Below, one piece after another: positions 1 to 17,084 of a stretch of DNA of 64,000 nucleotides. The notes below the pieces were generated by a model. That model worked only from the letters and a program-made list of their open reading frames with translations, searched no databases and had not been told where the DNA came from. The stretch is from Octopus vulgaris (Eukaryota). The stretch lies in the NCBI GenBank assembly GCA_951406725.2, contig OX597818.1, positions 50,158,001-50,222,000 on the forward strand. The letters are read 5' to 3'. The position numbers and the translations under genes are program-made. Numbering within the stretch: the first letter of the stretch is position 1; each line of letters begins with the position of its first letter.

Positions 1-36
1 TATATATATAGATACACTCCCCCACACACACATATA

Positions 37-313
37 CAGGGTGCGGTGAATATATTGTCGTCTAAATTGCGTAAACATGAAAGTAACACTGACATCTCAC
101 TTTAAAAGATGTATTTATCAAAATTTCATAAAAATATCTTGAAATATTAAGGAGTAAATTTATCCAATAGAATCACCGCTGGCTTCAGTCACGGCCTCCA
201 GACGACTACGGAATCTCCTGCAACTCTTCTGGATGATCTCCTTGTTTAAGTTGGTCAATGCTGCCATAATCCTTGCCTTCAGGTCACCTTTGATGTTACA
301 AGGAGTTTTGTTG
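37..313 (-). mobile_element. 3' remnant of a Tc1/mariner-superfamily DNA transposon
   Basis: Minus strand 312->160 reads NKTPCNIKGDLKARIMAALTNLNKEIIQKSCRRFRSRLEAVTEASGDSIG*, a typical Tc1/mariner C-terminal helix (RLEAVxxAxG). A TA-CAGGGTG terminus lies at 35-43. Confidence 0.7.
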
Positions 314-347
314 ATCTATCATTTGTTTCCACTACTTTGTCTAACCC

Positions 348-422
<75 letters not shown>

Positions 423-1809
423 CATACATACACAAAAACTCAGACACACACACACACACATATATAGTTAATCCAAACATGATAACACAAAGAGAAAACA
501 CAACAACGCGAGGACGTGGAACAAGTACAATGTTATTGGATGCTCAGGAAAGGAAAGAAAGAAGTAGGATTTAACGTTTCGAGCGGAGCTCTTTGTCAGA
601 AACATACGGAAAGGAAAGGTCCAAGGAAGGGAAGCCGGAGGAAGAAAATCGCCAACGATACACACGCGGTCACATATTGAATGACCGGTGTGTGTATGTA
701 TGTGTGTGTGTGTGCGTGTGTTTGTGTATTTGTGTCTGTGTTTGCCACCCACCATTTGATAACCGGTGTTTGTATGTTTCTGTCCCTGTAAACTAGCAGT
801 TCGGCAAAAGAACCGATAGAATAAGTGTCAGACTTAAGTAAAAACGTTCCTGGGGTCGATTTGTTCGACAAAAAACTTGTTCAAGGTGATGCTCCAACAC
901 GATCGCTGTCCAGAGATTGAAACAAGTTAAAGATAAATGATAAGATATATACAGGGTGGTTCAGAAGTCACAAAAGGGTTTTAATATTTAATAACTTTTT
1001 TAATAATTATTTAATTTTTATTTTATTTCAAATTTATGTAAAGAAGACCCTAAACGTTAAGCACAGAAAAGTACACTGCTGAACAGCGAACACATACTGT
1101 GACATTTTATTCTTTCTACTCTAGGGTCAATGCCCGAAATTTTGGGAGAGCGGGCAGGTCGATTAGATCAACTGGTACTTATTTAATCGACCTCGAAAGA
1201 ATGAAAGGCAAAGTCAACGTCGGCGGAATTTGAATGTAAAGTCAAACGAAATACCTATTTCTTTACTACCCCACAAGGGGCTAAACACAGAGGGGACAAA
1301 CAAGGACAGACAAACGGATTAAGTCGATTACATCGACCCCAGTGCGTAACTGGTACTTAATTTATCGACCCCGAAAGGATGAAAGGCAAAGTCGACCTCA
1401 GCGGAATTTGAACTCAGAACGTAAAGCACCTGCCGACTAAAGCACCTTCGCTGTTTATGGCTACCTGATGTCATCCACAGTATTGATAAAAATGTCACTG
1501 GATCTACTTCAGGAATTCCTCGGTGTCCGTCGACTATATAACAAATGTGAAAACAGGAAATGGAATCCACGAGATTCTTTATTAATCACAACGATCGTTT
1601 CGACCCATCTTGCACTGGTCCCGCTGGTTGTGGTGCAACCTTCGGTGCAGATATGCCTCACCAGGTGACTTTTGAAAAGGTACTTCACTCAATAAACTCG
1701 GTTTCGCTTGGTTCTATTATAATGCCTGTCGATATTTGCCTGTAGCTGGTTGCCTACAGGTTTCGTGGTTTGGAATTCCATTTTCTATTTCTCTCATTTT
1801 GTTATATAC

Positions 1810-1840
<31 letters not shown>

Positions 1841-1850
1841 CATACATACA

Positions 1851-1886
<36 letters not shown>

Positions 1887-1908
1887 TACATACATACATA
1901 CATACATA

Positions 1909-2420
1909 CCATAAGTCCTCGAGTATAATCCGCATTTTTTCCCCAAAATTTAAAGGTCAAAATCCCTAGTGCGTACTATATACGAGCTTAAAAATGAAAA
2001 ATATCTTCTAAGCAATATCCGAGTCTCTATTTACTGTCTGGGAATGTTTATTCAGACGCATTTTGTGATGTCAGGTGCGAAAATACCTTAAGCTAAACCT
2101 GAAAGCAATGAAGTCATAAAAGAATCATCCATAACTTGCAGTAAGCAACTTTTATTAAACATTATTACTGTTATTTCTTTATTTTCTGCAAATAAAATGC
2201 ACAAAAAAGCTACTCGTTTGCATTATATTATATATACAAGAATAATAAAGGACGTTACCGTATACAGTTTTACAAATCAAGGACGTTATATAGACCTCCT
2301 TGACTCAAGTTAGAGAAGGGGTGCGTATTATAGACAAGGTTTAAATTTTTTAGAGGTACAGCCCCCTAAAATTCCCTTGCGTATTATACTCAAGGGCGGA
2401 CTATGCTCGAGGATTTACGG
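1909..2420 (+). mobile_element. ~512-bp pogo/Tigger-like MITE, copy 1
   Basis: TIRs CC(A/G)TAA(G/A)TCCTCGAG...CTCGAGGATTTACGG flanked by TA. Closely similar copies at 15299-15812 and 23480-23990. Confidence 0.85.
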
Positions 2421-2608
2421 TAATACATACATACATACATACATACATACATACATACATACATACATACATACATACATACATACGTTAATTCAATCAG
2501 CAACCACAGCAGCATGGACGAAACATCCTAAGATCTCTTGTGACATCTGGTGAAATATCCTTCAACACTCTGACAACATAATAAATACCAGAGGGGGTCG
2601 AAAACACC

Positions 2609-2898
2609 GGAATTTTATTCAGCCGGGCGGCTATTCGCAATATTAGTGAATGTTTTATTCACTCTTCCTATATCAAAACGGCAGAAATTTTATTCACCTC
2701 AATAGTCGTCATTGATTGGTTGAAATTGCCGAAATGCAAGAAATTAAACAACAAATAGCTTACAAACTACAGAATTTTCTCAATAAAGCCAAGAGATAAA
2801 GATGTTTTATAAACACATTCTACCAGTATACGAAGTTTAAAAGTGTTTAGTTACAAAGAAATTATTTAAAAAATCTGCCGGTCAAAGTGAAAAGATCC
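2609..2898. mobile_element. Deleted copy of the GG-terminated MITE at 21465-21940
   Basis: 2680-2898 matches 21725-21940 (gtcattgattggttgaaatt...gaaaagatcc). Confidence 0.7.
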
Positions 2899-3217
2899 AT
2901 TGTGTTTTTAACATAGTACGTCCATTAGAGAGGTTACCTCAGGAGAAACACTGCAGTAACTGGCCTATATACAGTATATATACATAAAGTATTTTACACA
3001 CTGTTTTACACGCGCTAATTTTTCCCAGGAAAAGATTGATAGTGATCTCGAAGTTTCGGCTTGCTCGCCGATAGTCTAATGATGGCGAGCAAGACGAAGC
3101 TTTGAAGTCACTGTTAGTCTTTTCCTTGAATATGTTCTGTACTATAAAAGTTTAATCATTTAGCTTCATTTAATTCATTTTAAATAACTCATCACCAAAA
3201 CACACATACCCACACAC

Positions 3218-6000
<2,783 letters not shown>

Positions 6001-6689
6001 CCTATATTAGTTTCACCTTCATTTGCGCATTTACACGAAAAATAAAAAAGTCGTAGTTGTTCAGCCGCAGGCCACACCTGATTGAACAGAACTATCAATT
6101 ATGAAAAGACATTCCAGTTCCAACCATGACCATTTCATCTATTCAGAGGTACTTAAAAACTACATTTTCTAATATATACTCTTTAGAATTTTTTTTTTTT
6201 TTTTTTTTTTTCTAAGGCGGTGCATTCTCGTTTCGAGGTTGATTCAGCTGCTATTTCTAGCGGAGCAAGCGACTATGCAGAGGCTCGCTGGTCGATTCTA
6301 TGCAGTGGTGCTACAGTAATGTTAAATAACTGTCATCTATTGGCTTATTCCGCAGGACGATACCAAGGCCAAATGGTTTTTGCGACTTACCTACCACGTG
6401 ATTGTTGCTGAACACGTAACAAGTCGGCACGCGCTGTCATGGTCACGTGCTGCTTGTTATCACAACGCTTGTTTGTTTTGTCTTCGGTGGCTATTATTTG
6501 GTCTTCGTTGTTGTTGTTGTTTAGTTTCCATCAGGATGGGATTCTGCGACCCCCCACCCACCACCACACCGCCATCAGAAAGAATACTTTGCGGCATTTG
6601 TTCCGGCCCCTTATTTTCTGATTTCAAATTTCGTCTGGGTTCAACGTTATCTTTTTATTCCTCAGGTGTTGATAAAATAAACTACCAGT

Positions 6690-6848
6690 CAGGGGGCGAA
6701 CTGAGAGTATTAAGGACCCTCGGGCATAACAGTTTACCGGTCCCCTTTGAGTGTCTGTTTTTGTAGAGTTAATATGTAGAGTGTGGGCCCCTCAGAACTC
6801 TGGGCCCTCGGGCAGTGCCCGATTGACTGACGGTTTAGTCCGCCCCTG
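6690..6848. mobile_element. hAT-type MITE inserted in an old SINE
   Basis: TIR CAGGGGGCGAACT...AGTCCGCCCCTG with exact 8-bp TSD CTACCAGT at 6682-6689 and 6849-6856. Confidence 0.8.
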
Positions 6849-8315
6849 CTACCAGTCAATATTGGGGTCTATGATATCGACTGCCTCCCTCTCGGTCAAT
6901 ATTACTAGCCTTTTGCTTACATCAGAAACCTTTATCCTTATTTTATGTTCCATTCTGAGTTCAAATTCCAGCGATGTCAGCTTTTCATCACCCCGGGATC
7001 AATGAAATAAAGTACCAGTCATGTACCAAGGCTCAATGATAATCTTCTAAACCCTCATGTCAAATTGATGATCTTGTGTTTAAATCAGAAACCATCACCA
7101 CCACCACAACCACAACCACCACCACCACCACCACCACCACTATCATCATCATCATCATCATCATTATCATCATCATTATTATTTTTATTTTACATTCCAT
7201 TCTGAGTTCAATTCCCGCTGAGGTCGACCTTGCCGTTCATCTTTTCGGGATCGATAAAATAAGTACGAGTTGAGCACTGGGGCCTATACAATCGACTAGC
7301 ACCCTCTAATCCCTTCAAAAGTCCTAGCCTTGTGCCAAAACTTTAAAGAATCATTCCATCTTCGTCAGAGTTGTGGCTTGGCCCAGTCGTTAGAGCACCG
7401 GAAATCAAAATGCATTGCAGAATTTCTTTCGACATTTTACATTTTGAGTTCAAATCCTGTCGAGGCCAACTTTGCCTTTTCCCCCTCCAGGGTCAACAGA
7501 ATAAAGCACCAGTCAAATACTGAAATCAAATCTACCGAATAACTCCATTATCATCAAATCAGGCCTTATTATGTATGATTGCTACAAACTAATTAATTTT
7601 AATTAATCTTCATCTTTTGTTATATAATCCCGTTCACATCTCGGATGCTTTATTGTAGTGATGCATAAGGTGGACTACTCAAAGTTTTTAGCGGGTCACA
7701 ACGACATTTCTATATTTATGATAAAAAAAAAGTTGTTATGCGTACTGGTCACGTGTTATCCACAATAACGCTATTATTATTATTGTTTTAATTAATATAC
7801 TTAACCTTTAGATAAGGCTAGTGGCTTCTGTTTGTTTTCCTTACATCATCATCATCATCGTCATCATTGTTATTAAAGCAGCAAGCTCGCTGAATCATTA
7901 GCTTGTCGGACAAAATACATAGCGGCATTTCTTCCGGCTCTTTACGTTTTGCCGTAAAATTCTGCAGACGTCGACTTTGCCTTTTATTTTCTCGGAATCG
8001 ATAATGAAAGTAGGGGTGGCAGTGGGGCACAATGATATTTACGGCATTTTTGTCTTTGAGAGAGAAGAAAATCGTGTGTTCACTACCTTATAAATAGCAA
8101 ATGACCTCTAGATGCATCAAAAACACGCTAACATATTCAGAAGACTATTTCGGGAAAAAATTATCTCCGTTCTCTTTGAGCATACAACGCTGGGGCAAAA
8201 TGAGTAAGGCAGGATAAGATTAATTTATCCCTAAAGACTCGTGCACACCAAAAGATGTGTATGAGTCTCGGATATCAGAAAGATTAGTAATGTAACAAAA
8301 ATTGAAAATATCTTG

Positions 8316-9172
<857 letters not shown>

Positions 9173-9429
9173 AAGAGGATCTTGGAAAGATGGCACAGGA
9201 TATGAAATTAATGAAATCTCAACTAAATCTTAAATTTCAACATAAAATAGTCTCTATAATATCTTTCACGATCTGCTGGAGAGGATCTCTTCCTAATATA
9301 TTTACGTATCATACATAAATATTAGTATGGTACGTAAATATTAGGAGTGGCTGTGTAGTAAATAACTTGCTTACCAACCACATGGTTCCGGGTTCAGTCC
9401 CACTGCAGTGGGAGTAGTATGTTGGTAGC

Positions 9430-10066
9430 ATTTGAACTCATAATGTAAAGAACCGTAAGAAATGCCTATTTCTTTACTACCCACAAGGGGCTAAACAAAG
9501 AGAGGACAAACAAGGACAAACAAACGGATTAAGTCGATTATATCGATCCCAGTGCGTAACTGGTACTTATTTAATCGACCCCGAAAAGATGAAAGTCAAA
9601 GTCGACCTCGGCGGAATTTGAACTCAGAACGTAACGGCAGACGAAATACCTATTTCTTTACTACCCACAAGGGGCTAAACAAAGAGAGGACAAACAAGGA
9701 CAAACAAACGGATTAAGGCGATTATATCGACCCCAGTGCGTAACTGGTACTTATTTAATCGACCCCGAAAAGATGAAAGTCAAAGTCGACCTCGTCGGAA
9801 TTTGAACTCAGAACGTAACGGCAGACGAAATACCTATTTCTTTACTACCCACAAGGGGCTAAACACAGAGAGGACAAACAAGGACAGACAAACGGATTAA
9901 GTCGATTATATCGACCCCAGGGCGTAACTGGCACTTATTTAATCGACCCCGAAAGGATGAAAGGCAAAGTCGACCTCGGCGGAATTTGAACTCAGAACGT
10001 AACGCAGATGAAATACCGCTAAGCATTTCGCCCGGCGTGCTAACGTTTCTGCTAGCTCGTCCGCTT
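9430..10066 (-). mobile_element. tRNA-derived SINE family B, tandem multimer (~184-bp period)
   Basis: CCTATTTCTTTACTACCCACAAGG recurs at ~9465, 9649 and 9833. Central GCCTTTCATCCTTTCGGGGTCGAT domain resembles the Meta-SINE domain. Confidence 0.85.
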
Positions 10067-10099
10067 TTGTGATGAAGACGATGATGATGATGATGATGA

Positions 10100-10161
<62 letters not shown>

Positions 10162-10576
10162 ATAATAATAATAATGTTTTCAAATTTTGCCATAAGCGTA
10201 GCAGTTTTGGGGAGAAGATAAGTCGATTAGATCGACCCCAGTGCGTAACTGGTACTTAATTTACAGAGAAGAAATTATTGAAATTAGTCATAACTCATTT
10301 TGTCTCATATTAGATAACATTGTTTTGAGAATTGAAAATTATATCAAACTAAAGAAGAGTGTGAGAACAATTGACTTGGAATCCAACAAAGAAAAGAATA
10401 TTGATCGTTCGGCACTAAAAAATTATCCAGATATTTTATTGGCAGCCTCAATTACAGTCGGGTCAAAGTTGAAGAAAAATTTCATGGAAAAAAAAAAACA
10501 AAGTACCTGTCACCTGACTATGTTTTAAACTCTCTCAGTTTCAACAACAATAACAGCAGCAGCAGCAGCAGCAGTA

Positions 10577-10955
10577 GAGGCGCAATGGCCCAGTGGTTAG
10601 GGCAGCGGACTCGCGGTCGGAGGATCGCGGTTTCGATTCCCAGACCGGGCGTTGTGTGTGTTTATTGAGCGAATACACCTAAAGCTTCACGAGAGCTCCG
10701 GCAGGGGGATGGGGGTGGTGGCGAACCCTGTCGTACTCTTTCGCTCCAACATTCTCTCCCACTCTTTCTTCCTGTTACTTGTCCCCGACCCGACTTCCTA
10801 TTCAACCGCTGAGCCTGGATGCGCATTCATCCATCCGTCGATGCTCTCGGTGTCGAGGGGGGGGGGGCTGACCTGCTTTCTCTTCTGCGGGGTCTTACGA
10901 ATAGCAAAGGATCACGTTTCGGACTTCTCCCGCTGGGACGAAGACCGCTTCACTC
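10577..10955 (+). mobile_element. tRNA-derived SINE family C
   Basis: A-box TGGCCCAGTGG and B-box GTTTCGATTCC. Related copies at 29360-29630 (+) and 62108-62603 (-). Confidence 0.85.
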
Positions 10956-11023
10956 AACAAACAAACAAACAAACAAGCAGCAGCAGCAGCAGCTGCAGCA
11001 GCAGCAGCAACAACAACAACAGC

Positions 11024-11065
<42 letters not shown>

Positions 11066-11628
11066 AACACCAATAGCCCGGTTATGGAAAATGAAGAAGG
11101 TGAAGATAGCGCCCATTATTGTTGGGTCTTTGGAGACAGTATCAGAAGGAAATTGGACTAGAGTGCCCAGTAGAACTGTCATAAGAGTTTTGACTCCTTG
11201 GCGCGGCCAGAATAATCAGGAAAGTATTAGATAGCTGAAAAGAATGGATAGCATGGTACTGTAGGCTGTAGGTAGTAAACCCGCTACGCATGCAAGACTC
11301 CAGGAGTTCCAACAAAACCTGTGAGAGAAATTCCGTTTTGGGATTTGGTTTGCAAGATTCTTTATGTGAGTTCGTGTGTTGAAGCATATTCTGTTGTGTC
11401 TGGGGAGGGTCATTCGATGCAGACCAGATTTTATTCCCAAAGATGATACAGCATTTCAAAACGTTGTTGCAAATATTTCCAATGTAATGGTTTCAAACAA
11501 ATAAAAAAAAAAATTAAAAGAAATCAGAAATCATACATTTTGTCCCATTTACCGGCCTCCCCCGTCTATCACTTAAGTCATCGACTAACCCCTCCTTGCT
11601 AAATTGCTGGCCTTGTGCCAATAGCGGA

Positions 11629-11687
<59 letters not shown>

Positions 11688-11762
11688 TAATAATAATAAT
11701 GATAATAATAATGATAATAATAATAATAAATAATAATAATGATAATAATAATGATAATAATA

Positions 11763-11853
<91 letters not shown>

Positions 11854-11858
<5 letters not shown>

Positions 11859-12470
11859 CATATTATCTTTGGCTGCCCAGTCCTGGCTAAGACACGACAG
11901 AGTTGGGACCTACATACACTGGAAGCTATGCCAACATTATGGAATAACAACAGAAAAAAGATGGTATAGGCACACACCAGAAAAGGTCACAGAGAAAACG
12001 AGAAAGCAACCATACTCTGGGATATGCCGATACACACAGATAGAGAAATTAAGGCCAACAGACCAGATATAGTTGTCAGAGATCATGAAGAAAAAAAATG
12101 CTTTCTAATTGATGTATCAATACCAGCAGATGACAACGTGTCTCTAAAAGAAATGGAGAAACTTTCAAAATACAAAGACCTGGAAATAGAGGTAACTCGA
12201 ATGTGGGATCTAAAAACAGAAACAATTCCTATCATAGTAGGTGCATTAGGCATGATAAAAAATATTCAGACAAATACATAACAAAAACACCAGGAATTAC
12301 AAACGCATATAACATACAGAAAATTGCACTACTAGGCACTGCACACATCCAACGCAGAACACTTTCTATACAGTAACCATCAGAGCATCACAACAAATCA
12401 CAGCACATACCCAAGGCACACAGAGCTGCGTTCGGTAGTGAAGTGAAAGCACGCTATAAAAATAAAACTA

Positions 12471-12475
<5 letters not shown>
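11854..12475 (+). mobile_element. 5'-truncated R4/Dong-type non-LTR retrotransposon (RLE domain and 3' UTR)
   Basis: Frameshifted translation HIIFGC..RHDRVGTYIHWKLC..NRPDIVVRD..LIDVSIP..EKLSKYKDL..PIIVGALG. Flanked on both sides by (TAA)n. Confidence 0.85.
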
Positions 12476-12559
<84 letters not shown>

Positions 12560-12603
12560 GAAACATCTGCAAAGGCTACCTTTATCAAAGGAAAAAAAAA
12601 AAA

Positions 12604-14022
12604 ATGACAGAAACATCTAACGTTAACCTTGACCAACAGAATGTCATAAAAGAACTAGACCCAGCGGAGAGCTACAAGTACCTAGGGATAATTGAAGGGA
12701 ACGGAATAAGGCATTCAGAGATGAAGGAAAGGATCAGGAGAGAATGCTATCGAAGAGTGAGAGCAATACTCAAGACAGAGCTGAATGCAAGAAACAGGAT
12801 CGAAGCAATCAATGCATTAGCTATACCAGTCGTGACTTACAGTTTCAATATTGTTAACTGGTCAATTACTGAAATATGTCAGCTCGACAGAAAAATAAGG
12901 AAACTGTTGACAATGCATAGAATGCACCACCCTAAGGCAGATACAGAACGACTCTATCTGCCAAGAAAAGAGGGAGGCCGTGGTCTTTTGCAACTGGCAA
13001 TAACAATGAAGATTGCTACAATTGGCCTAGACACCTACCTGAAAAACTCTGAGGACTGGATGCTAAAACTTGTCTCAAAACATGAAAACAAGAAAGCATC
13101 ATACTCAGTCACAAAACAGGCAAAGGAATATCTAAGTGAATTCCGAATACAACCAATTTCGGAATTAGAGATAGATATACAAGAAACAAGCACAGAAAAA
13201 GCTAGGCGCATGAAAACCCGTGCCAAAACTGCGGCCTTAGATATTCTGAATAATAAATGGCAAGAAAAACCTCTCTATGGCAAATACCCAAAGAGAGCGA
13301 ATAATGCAGATATCGACAAAGCCCTGACCCATCAATGGCTAATGGCCTCTGGCTTAAAATCTGAAACAGAGGGGTTTATCATAGCAGCTCAAGATCAATG
13401 CCTACCAACAAGAAACTACCAGGCCAACATATTAAAGATCAGAAGCAGTCCAACGTGTCGTGTATGCAAGCAACAAAATGAAACCATTGACCATGTGGTC
13501 TCCAAGTGCAGTCTTCTAGCGCCTACAGAGTATCTCAACAGGCACGATAGAGCTGCACAATATATTCACTGGGTAATCTGTAAAAACCTGGATTTGCCCC
13601 ATGAAAAAAACTGGTGGGAACACAAACCACCCCCAGTGCTTGAAAATGACCACATCTCACTCCTCTGGAACTTCACCATTCAAACTGACAGGAAGATAGA
13701 TGCAAATAGGCCAGACATCATATTGAAAAACTTCAAACAAAGAACATGCCTCCTCATTGATATGACTGTCCCAATCGATATAAACGTATCTGTCAAGACC
13801 TACCAAAAACTGAGCAAATATAAAGATCTTGAAATAGAAATCAGCAAAATGTGGAAGCTGAAGACTAAAACAATACCTGTTGTCATAGGTGCCCTGGGAA
13901 TGATAGCAAAAGGGGATGATAGCTACCTAACTCAGATACCAGGAAACCCAAAAATGGCAGAAATTCAAAAGATAGTGCTCATGGGAACTGCTCATATCCT
14001 ACGCAAAATACTCTCTATGTAA
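12604..14022 (+). CDS. Open C-terminal part of an R4/Dong-clade retrotransposon ORF: RT thumb, CCHC zinc knuckle, PD-(D/E)xK restriction-like endonuclease (5'-truncated)
   Basis: 472-aa ORF with YKYLG, RLYLPRKEGGRGL, CRVCx7HVVSKC, RHD, RPDII..LIDM..KLSKY. The element (~12560-14235) lies within (TAA)n, the known Dong target. Confidence 0.9.
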   Translation: MTETSNVNLDQQNVIKELDPAESYKYLGIIEGNGIRHSEMKERIRRECYRRVRAILKTELNARNRIEAINALAIPVVTYSFNIVNWSITEICQLDRKIRKLLTMHRMHHPKADTERLYLPRKEGGRGLLQLAITMKIATIGLDTYLKNSEDWMLKLVSKHENKKASYSVTKQAKEYLSEFRIQPISELEIDIQETSTEKARRMKTRAKTAALDILNNKWQEKPLYGKYPKRANNADIDKALTHQWLMASGLKSETEGFIIAAQDQCLPTRNYQANILKIRSSPTCRVCKQQNETIDHVVSKCSLLAPTEYLNRHDRAAQYIHWVICKNLDLPHEKNWWEHKPPPVLENDHISLLWNFTIQTDRKIDANRPDIILKNFKQRTCLLIDMTVPIDINVSVKTYQKLSKYKDLEIEISKMWKLKTKTIPVVIGALGMIAKGDDSYLTQIPGNPKMAEIQKIVLMGTAHILRKILSM

Positions 14023-14073
14023 TCTCAAGGTTTAAAACAAACATAATTTTCGGTAAAAAAAAAAAAAAAAAAA

Positions 14074-14106
<33 letters not shown>

Positions 14107-14234
14107 CATTCATTAGTACAACAACCCCCCAAATATATGGCACACTAGAATAACAACAACATGAACTTCCAACCCTGTTGTCTCTTGAGGTCTCTGGGTA
14201 ATAATGTACAAATATAAAGCAAAAGTCAAACATA

Positions 14235-14320
<86 letters not shown>

Positions 14321-14332
14321 TCTTTTTTTTTT

Positions 14333-14470
14333 GTCTGGGGAGAGTCTCCAGGAGTTCCAACAAATTCTGTGATTAAAATTCCGTTTTTGGATTTGGTTTG
14401 CAAGATTCTTTATGTGAGTTCGTGTGTTGAAGTATATTCTGTTGTGTCTGGGGAGAGTCATTCTCTTTTA
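14333..14470. repeat. Unclassified dispersed repeat, second copy at ~11297-11415
   Basis: Shared CTCCAGGAGTTCCAACAAA...GCAAGATTCTTTATGTGAGTTCGTGTGTTGAAG...GTGTCTGGGGAG. Confidence 0.7.
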
Positions 14471-14648
14471 GTGGCTTATAATTTAACACACACACCGGTA
14501 ATATTTCCACCTATTTCTTTTTTTATTTTCCTAAAAATTTCGTTGCATCTTGCATCCTTTTCAATAAAAAAGAAATAAGTGGAAATTTTTACTTGTGAGT
14601 ATGTTAAATTCGACAGAATTCGAACTCAGAACGTAGCTCACCACCTTA

Positions 14649-14770
<122 letters not shown>

Positions 14771-14950
14771 CCATCCTACTATAGACAAAAGTTCTTGAAC
14801 TTTTGCGGAGCGGGCTTGCCGATCACAGAACCCTGTTGTGTTTTTAATACATGTTCAAAGAAAAGGCTGTTCCTCATAATTTATGTGTATACAGACACAT
14901 AGGCAGACGGACAGACTCACACACACACGCATACACACACACACACACGT

Positions 14951-14988
<38 letters not shown>

Positions 14989-15298
14989 ACACACACACTT
15001 TTGATGAGGGATTCATCGCAAACAATGATCAACATATAATGGACATATTATGACTGCAAAGAAGCTACTCCTATTCCACAACAACTCAGCATAGCTACAT
15101 AAGGAAAATTCCAAACTTTTCAACATCATCATGAAATGCTACGACAGAGAGAAAACATGTGAACTAGTAGAGGTGTACATCCTGGAACGAATAGACAAAG
15201 TATTCACGAAATCCAGCATAGGACTACACAGAGACGACGGCTTAATCATCTGCTAAAATATGGACTGGCATAAATTCATCACATTCAGTAAAGAAATA

Positions 15299-15812
15299 CC
15301 GTAAATCCTCGAGTATAGTCCGCCCTTGATGTATAATACGCAGGGGATTTTTAGAGGGCTGTACCTCTGGAAAACCTAAACCTTGTGTATAATATGCACC
15401 TCTTCTCTAACTTGAGTCAAGGAGGTCTATATAAAGTCCTTGGTTTGTAAAACTGTATACGGTAACGTCCATTATTATTATTGTATATATAACATAATAC
15501 GAACGTGTAGCTTTTTTGTGCATTTTGTTTGCAGAAAATAAAGAAATAACAGTAATAATGTTTAATAAATGTTGCTTACTGCAAGTTATGGATGATTCTT
15601 TTATGACTTCATTGCTTTCAGGCTTAGCTTAAAGTATTTTCGCGCCCGACATCACAAAATGCGTCTGAATAAACATTGCCGGGCAGCAAATAGAGACTCG
15701 GACATTGCTTAGAAAATAATTTTGATTTTTAACCTCGTGTATAATACGCACTAGGGATTTTGACCTTTAAATATTTTGGGGAAAAATGCGGATTATACTC
15801 GAGGATTTACGG
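15299..15812 (-). mobile_element. pogo/Tigger-like MITE, copy 2
   Basis: Same TIRs and TA flanks; reverse complement of 1909-2420. Confidence 0.85.
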
Positions 15813-16184
15813 TAATAAAGACCTTTAAAGAGTTTGACCTACAAATAACCTTAGAAACCAACCTATCCGTAGTAAACTACCTTGAAGTAACATGAAATCT
15901 GAACTCTGAGAAACACTACTCTTACAGAAAGCCTAGCGTAGTGCTTTTGTATATAAGCATAAAATCATGCCACTCACTATCGATAATCAAAAATCTAATT
16001 AGCATCATAAAACAAAGAATCACAACAATTTCGACTGACAAGGAAATATCTGATCCAACGCGGGAGCAACGTTCTACACCGAAACCCTAAAAGCGAATAG
16101 ACAAAATGCAATACATACCTACGACACGACGTATAAACAATAAAAAGGAAAAAAAAAATTGAAAAAATAAAGAAACATCATATA

Positions 16185-16660
<476 letters not shown>

Positions 16661-16689
16661 AAGAATCATCTGGTTCAACTCACTCTGCA

Positions 16690-17040
16690 ATTTAAAAGAA
16701 GCATCAATTGCATCATGTCGCTTCCTAGTAGCACTTAGCCAACGGTTTGTAAAGGTTGGGTCTGGAGAGGAGAAAGAGTTCGAGATGTTTACAGTATTTC
16801 TGTGTCTCGTGGGTGTTTGTGAAGTATGAATGTGTTTATTGCTTTGCGATATATTAATGGAATAATTTTTGGCTTCGTTTCATCCAATAACGTTACTGGA
16901 GTTATTTTAGCTACTCGGGGTGGGGTAAGATTTACACTCAGGATCTCGATACATTTGGACTAGACACTGTTTGGCCCCCTCTTTAGTTATATTTGTGAAC
17001 TGGACGAGGAACACAACTACCTAGGAATATCTACCTTGTT
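16690..17040 (+). pseudogene. Decayed ORF fragment, paralogous to 17710-18170; candidate viral nucleoprotein fossil
   Basis: 16900-16974 reads SYFSYSGWGKIYTQDLDTFGLDTVW, in exact register with LNE*IGFVKSKIIKELFLGLSENW at 17782-17853. Confidence 0.35.
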
Positions 17041-17084
17041 GCTTATTGTATTATAGAAATGGCAGCCAAATCTCCCACAAATCA

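Noticed and set aside
10577-10650. tRNA-like sequence (also at 31289 and other SINE heads)
   Set aside because: No closed cloverleaf; it continues into a SINE body.
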